Source: Desulfomonilia bacterium
Lineage (GTDB): Bacteria; Desulfobacterota; Desulfomonilia; UBA1062
Assembly (NCBI GenBank): GCA_050014195.1
Contig: JBEKDT010000003.1
Span: 32,001 to 96,000, forward strand
DNA: 64,000 nt
Direction of reading: 5' to 3'
The notes below the pieces were generated by a model, which was not told where the DNA came from, ran no database searches, and was given only the letters and a program-made list of their open reading frames with translations. The number at the start of each line of letters is the position of its first letter. Within the stretch, counting starts at the first letter, position 1. Positions 59,833 to 64,000 of this stretch are shown here, one piece after another. The position numbers were made by a program, and so were the translations under genes.

Positions 59833-60579
59833 ATGAAGAATCTGCTCGATGCATACAAGAGGGGGGAGCTCAGCGCCGACGAGGTCCAGGAAAGGCTCAT
59901 GCGCATGCTCTACGAGGAAGGGGAAGACTTCCTCCTCGATCTCCACCGATCTCACCGCATCGGCTTTCCCGAAGTAATCTTTGCCGAAGGTAAGACCCTC
60001 GACCAGGTTGTCTCCATTGCCAGGAGCCTGTTTGAGAAGAACGGACAAGTGTTTGTGTCCATCATCGATGAAGAAAAAGAAAACCTCATCAGGCAGCAGT
60101 TTCAACGCGCTGAAGTTTCTAAGTCCGGGAGGCTCCTGCTCATCAAGAGGCATGGCCTTGCTGCCAGGAAAATGCCCGGATGCGCAGGCATCATCACCGC
60201 GGGCACGGCGGATGTCCCGTATGCGCAGGAGAGTGCACTCATCTTGGAGGAACTGGGCTTCGATCTCATCAAGGCCTTTGATGTGGGCGCATCCGGCATG
60301 CACAGGCCGCTTCTCGGCCTTAAAAAGGCAAAGGACGCAGATGTGCTCATCGTTTTTGCCGGCATGGACGGCGTGCTGCCCACACTCATGGCCTCGCTCA
60401 CGGACCTGCCCATCATCGCAGTCCCCACGCCCATAGGGTATGGCCATGGCGGCCTCGGCGAGGCCGCCCTTTCCACCATGCTCCAGTGCTGTGTTCCGGG
60501 GGTCATGGTCATGAACATCGGCAACAGCGTGGGTGCCGCCGCTGCAGCAGCACGAATACTCAAGGCCCTTCAAAAATAG
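59833..60579 (+). CDS. larB: Nickel-pincer cofactor biosynthesis carboxylase LarB
   Basis: GFPEVIFAEGKT, TAGTAD.P.A.E, DVG.SG.HR, AGMDG.LP, AVPTPIGYG. Confidence 0.92.
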   Translation: MKNLLDAYKRGELSADEVQERLMRMLYEEGEDFLLDLHRSHRIGFPEVIFAEGKTLDQVVSIARSLFEKNGQVFVSIIDEEKENLIRQQFQRAEVSKSGRLLLIKRHGLAARKMPGCAGIITAGTADVPYAQESALILEELGFDLIKAFDVGASGMHRPLLGLKKAKDADVLIVFAGMDGVLPTLMASLTDLPIIAVPTPIGYGHGGLGEAALSTMLQCCVPGVMVMNIGNSVGAAAAAARILKALQK

Positions 60580-60608
60580 ACGGGTGGAGAGTTTCGATTC
60601 ACAGCAAC

Positions 60609-60666
60609 GTAGGAGCGCCTTCAGGCGCGACCCGGTTTAAAAAGTCGCGGCTAAAGCCGCTCCCAC
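60609..60666. repeat. GTAG-family REP doublet (REPIN-like)
   Basis: GTAGGAGCGCCTTCAGGCGCGA ... TCGCGGCTAAAGCCGCTCCCAC, an inverted pair between convergent genes. Confidence 0.8.
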
Positions 60667-60726
60667 ACAAAGCCCCTGGATCTGTCCTCTGAGGAGACCG
60701 CTTTTCTCATCCCCACTTCTGCCCTT

Positions 60727-62025
60727 TTATAACCTGAACGCATTTGTGATATTCGCCTTGGTGCCGTGCAGGTGTGCTTCGAGCAGTAATGCCAGGGATC
60801 TGAGCGGATTTATGGGTACGAGCCGTATGGGCGGGATCTTCATGTGTTTCCCGAGCCCGTCGATGGTCTTTGCCAGGTTGTTGCACCCGGGCGAGACCGT
60901 GACCTTGCGCTTGCCGAGCCTGGCTTTGAGCTCCTGGTACCACTCGGCCATGGCGCAGTCGCCTGCGATATGGACCGGGCCTGTAATGCCCGCCACCTCG
61001 GCAGGGTCGATCCCCTTGCCCATAAGGATGGTGAAGCCGCCCTTTCCGCGGAAGTCCTGGCCGAAGACCTCCAGCACAGCCTCGGTATTCCGCTTGCACC
61101 CTTCCCGGCAGCACAGGGTCTTTCCCCTGATAATCCGCACGCCCTCGGGAAACTTTTCCAGGAGGTCCCAGGAGAACTGCTGCTTACGGCCATCGAAGAG
61201 ATCCCTGTTCTCGATGGTGATCCTCTCGAACTGCGACTCCCCGAACCCGTACTCGGCCGCAAGTTTCAAGTGCTGCACCTCTTCCAGGCCGAAGCCCAGG
61301 AACTTCGCCCCTACCACGTTCACGGCCATGGGGTCGCCCCCGCCTATGAGGACGTGCATCGGCACCACGCTGGCCGATTCCTGACTGAGGGCCGGATAGT
61401 GGCCGAAGTTGGTGGCCTCGATCCCGTCTATGAGGGTGAAGTCCGGCCTGATATTGGCATAGATGTCTGCGAGCTTCTGGTGCAGCTTGAAGTTGTGGTC
61501 CGCGATGCGGCTCTTCTGGTGGACAAGCCCGAACTGGTTCTTGATACCCAGGGTAACCGTGGTCATGGAATGGCTCTTGAGCTTGGGCATGGAAATATAG
61601 AGATTATCGCCCCTCTTCCGGATAAGGTTCTCGTGTATGAAGTCAGGGATGTTGATGAAGGATTCCAGCTTCTGAAGATACAGGGGCATCTCGGCGGTCT
61701 CATCGAGGTATATGGGTATGGCGCCTGTCTCCTCGCACATCCGTTTCATGCCCGTGATCTCGTAGACAAGCCTGGTGAAGTTCCCCTGGGTGCTGTTTTC
61801 CATCACGTAGATGTTCCGGGCTCCATGGGCCTTAAAGTACCTGACTGAGGCCGCCACCACCTCGGGAGACGTATAGACGTGTGGCTTGTAGTCGATACCG
61901 TTGACCTTAATATAGACATCTTTGGAGCGTTTCAGCAGGCTCGTCGCTCCCCCGAAGGCATCGAATAACCCTGAGACTGCCGCATCCAACCCTTGGGCTG
62001 TGTCCTCAAACCTCACACGTGCCAT
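60727..62025 (-). CDS. DUF362 domain protein
   Basis: IKVN, TSPEVV, PKLKSH..T.VTLGIKN.FG, PDFTLIDG, C-terminal Cys motifs. Confidence 0.82.
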   Translation of the reverse strand: MARVRFEDTAQGLDAAVSGLFDAFGGATSLLKRSKDVYIKVNGIDYKPHVYTSPEVVAASVRYFKAHGARNIYVMENSTQGNFTRLVYEITGMKRMCEETGAIPIYLDETAEMPLYLQKLESFINIPDFIHENLIRKRGDNLYISMPKLKSHSMTTVTLGIKNQFGLVHQKSRIADHNFKLHQKLADIYANIRPDFTLIDGIEATNFGHYPALSQESASVVPMHVLIGGGDPMAVNVVGAKFLGFGLEEVQHLKLAAEYGFGESQFERITIENRDLFDGRKQQFSWDLLEKFPEGVRIIRGKTLCCREGCKRNTEAVLEVFGQDFRGKGGFTILMGKGIDPAEVAGITGPVHIAGDCAMAEWYQELKARLGKRKVTVSPGCNNLAKTIDGLGKHMKIPPIRLVPINPLRSLALLLEAHLHGTKANITNAFRL

Positions 62026-62120
62026 GGCTTTCCTCCTCGCTCATCATCTAACTGGTTGTGCCCTAATTCCTCGGGTGAGTCAACATTGCGAAGAGGGGTA
62101 ATATTTGTACCTTGTATTTC

Positions 62121-63290
62121 TCAAATCATCTCAAACATCGCCTCCACCCGTGTGCGGATTTGCCGTACATCGCCGTCGGAGTAGTCGGTTTCGATCTTCA
62201 GGAATGGGAGGTTATGCATAGTTTTTACGTGCTCGCCGACCTTGTAAGATTCGACATTGTAGCTGTGGCAGGCATGCAGGATTACGTCGATGACCGCATC
62301 GGGCTTGAAGCGATCGATGAGCCTGTCGAGCTGATCGAGACGCCTGGTGTTCGGCGACATGCAGGAACAGGGGAGCTTCAGGTATCTCTCGGCCAGTGCT
62401 GCGATGGGGTCTAACGCGTCTTCCTCAATGGTATCCAGGAATGCCTTCATGCCGGTACAATTATCAATTGCCACGATTACGCCCCCGGCCTCCTCAATGA
62501 CCTTGAATGCCTTGGTGGCATCTCCACCCACAGGACATCCGGTGATGAGGACACGCGGAGCACCATCTTTCCCTATGCCCTTTCCATTCTTCTTGCGATG
62601 CTCCAGGGTCTCGATACAACGTGTAAGGAGAGGCTTGATGTCGGTGAAGCTTGCCGGCTGTGCAAGGAACGTCAGGTCATACATATCCTGCCAGGAGAGG
62701 AGCGATGGTGTGCAGGCTGCATAGTCAAAAATCCTATCCATCATGGAGTTCTTGCGGTTCGTGTCCTTGATGGCGGCCTCGATGGCCCTGTCATGTATCT
62801 TCTTATTGAAGGTATTCTCCAGGAAGCCTTTGAGCTTGCCGATCACGCCCGCCCAGTTCTGCCGTGCCTCAGCCTCATCCGGCATCTGCGGGAGATCCAT
62901 GACAAACATGGGTTTCTTATCAGCAATGAGCTCGAACATCTTTTTCTTCCCGTCGCAGGTCGTCTCGGCCACCACGGCATCCGACAATCCGAAGAACGGG
63001 CAGGTATCGGTTATGATATACCCGTAACTCGACTTGATGAGCGGGCATAGATTACCGGGCAGAACCGCCTCGGCAGCCTCGATGGTGCCGTTTGAGAAGG
63101 CGCAGAGAACCGCGGGCACGGCATCCATGGCGCGGATAAGCTCAAAGGGTGCATAACCGCAGTAGGCCCCCACTACATTCTTGCCCTGCTCCCTCTTGGA
63201 TTGAACATACGCAAGCGCCCGCTTGCTCGGTGCACCCACGTACTGATCATTCATGAGCGGTTCTAATTGCTCCATACCCTTTTCCGACAT
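62121..63290 (-). CDS. 2-hydroxyacyl-CoA dehydratase subunit family / double-cubane cluster protein
   Basis: GAYC, LCPLIKSSYG, CPFF, ETTCDGKKKM, NCTG.K, PCSC, ACHSY.VE, IETDYS. Confidence 0.85.
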   Translation of the reverse strand: MSEKGMEQLEPLMNDQYVGAPSKRALAYVQSKREQGKNVVGAYCGYAPFELIRAMDAVPAVLCAFSNGTIEAAEAVLPGNLCPLIKSSYGYIITDTCPFFGLSDAVVAETTCDGKKKMFELIADKKPMFVMDLPQMPDEAEARQNWAGVIGKLKGFLENTFNKKIHDRAIEAAIKDTNRKNSMMDRIFDYAACTPSLLSWQDMYDLTFLAQPASFTDIKPLLTRCIETLEHRKKNGKGIGKDGAPRVLITGCPVGGDATKAFKVIEEAGGVIVAIDNCTGMKAFLDTIEEDALDPIAALAERYLKLPCSCMSPNTRRLDQLDRLIDRFKPDAVIDVILHACHSYNVESYKVGEHVKTMHNLPFLKIETDYSDGDVRQIRTRVEAMFEMI

Positions 63291-63429
63291 TGTGCCACCC
63301 CCCTATCGAAGTCTTAGCGCATCATATGCAACACAAGGTGAGAGATCAAATAGGGAAAAGTTATCAAACGTGCAGAGCCATTCCTTAAACGTATGGCTTC
63401 TGTGCGGCAATTAAGGTGTGCCAGGCCGC

Positions 63430-64000
63430 TTAAAACTCCGTCAGCCCGGGGCCCCTCACCCCTTTGAGGTATTCCTGCACAATCCCTATAGCCCGTTCGA
63501 AATCAGAGCGGGAGGGCGTGAGCAGGGAGAGCCTGATGTAGTGAGACCACCGCGCTCCATAGATGTCTCCGGGGGTGATCCTTACGCCGAGATCGAGGAG
63601 TTTTTCCTGGCTGATGCGGCTTGGCACCTTTGTTTTCATCCACAGGCAAGGCCCGCCGGTGGTCCATGCCATCGTGCGTGAAAGATACGCCTGGCGGGTT
63701 TGCAGCTCTGTCTTGAGCCGCTTGACATGTTCTGTTAAGTCCGAAGAGGCGAGCATGGCGGAAAGGCAGCGCTGAAGAATGCCTGAAAGTGAGAGGTCGT
63801 TGATCTCCTTGAGATGGATGATGCTGCCGTACATGGCCTCCGGGACAACCGCAAACCCGATGCGCAGACCGGGGCCCAGGATATTCGAAAGACTCTTGAT
63901 GTATATGACACGATCGTGTGTGTCCCGGGCCTTCAACGGGGTGATGCCGACAACCTCGGAGAGCGGGTCATCCTCGATGATGAAGAAGTCTTTTGTGCGG
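63430..64000 (-). CDS. PLP-dependent aminotransferase-like / MocR family protein (C-terminal part; begins outside the window)
   Basis: IIEDD, VIYIKSLSNILGPGLRIGF, ITPG..Y, YIRLS. Confidence 0.8.
   Translation of the reverse strand, partial: RTKDFFIIEDDPLSEVVGITPLKARDTHDRVIYIKSLSNILGPGLRIGFAVVPEAMYGSIIHLKEINDLSLSGILQRCLSAMLASSDLTEHVKRLKTELQTRQAYLSRTMAWTTGGPCLWMKTKVPSRISQEKLLDLGVRITPGDIYGARWSHYIRLSLLTPSRSDFERAIGIVQEYLKGVRGPGLTEF

Overview
Bacterial genomic DNA, most likely from an anaerobic deltaproteobacterium (Desulfobacterota-like; inferred from gene content only). There are four zones. (1) 1-1.7 kb: the start of an mlaE-mlaF ABC operon on the minus strand. (2) About 2-22.1 kb: a mosaic, partly decayed accessory region. 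It carries a CheB/CheR-PAS fusion, a PAS histidine kinase, CheB, a P3A H+-ATPase, a PRC-barrel protein, broken ppk2/ackA/glgP/SDR genes, an extra IHF subunit, an ankyrin protein and higBA. At least six diverged copies of an unnamed 120-280 bp non-coding element run through it, and it ends in a tmRNA-like 3'-end duplicate with integrase-arm-like repeats. (3) 22.5-36.5 kb: a tightly coupled 10-gene operon behind a sigma54-type promoter. It joins the HdrCBA-MvhD-MetVF (bifurcating methylene-THF reductase-type) module with three split glutamate-synthase-like subunits and a giant HdrA that contains a GltD-like module. This operon is the best candidate for an undescribed system. (4) 37-64 kb: mostly housekeeping or metabolic genes (MCP, PfpI, RND pump, amidase, enoyl-CoA hydratase, nitroreductase, LysE, acyl-CoA dehydrogenase, larCB, DUF362, double-cubane protein, MocR-like), plus an AT-rich paired-ATPase/Sel1-TPR module and an ORF6N gene with a matching palindrome. 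I saw no rRNA, intact tRNA or CRISPR array. All family calls come from motifs recognised by eye; no searches were run.
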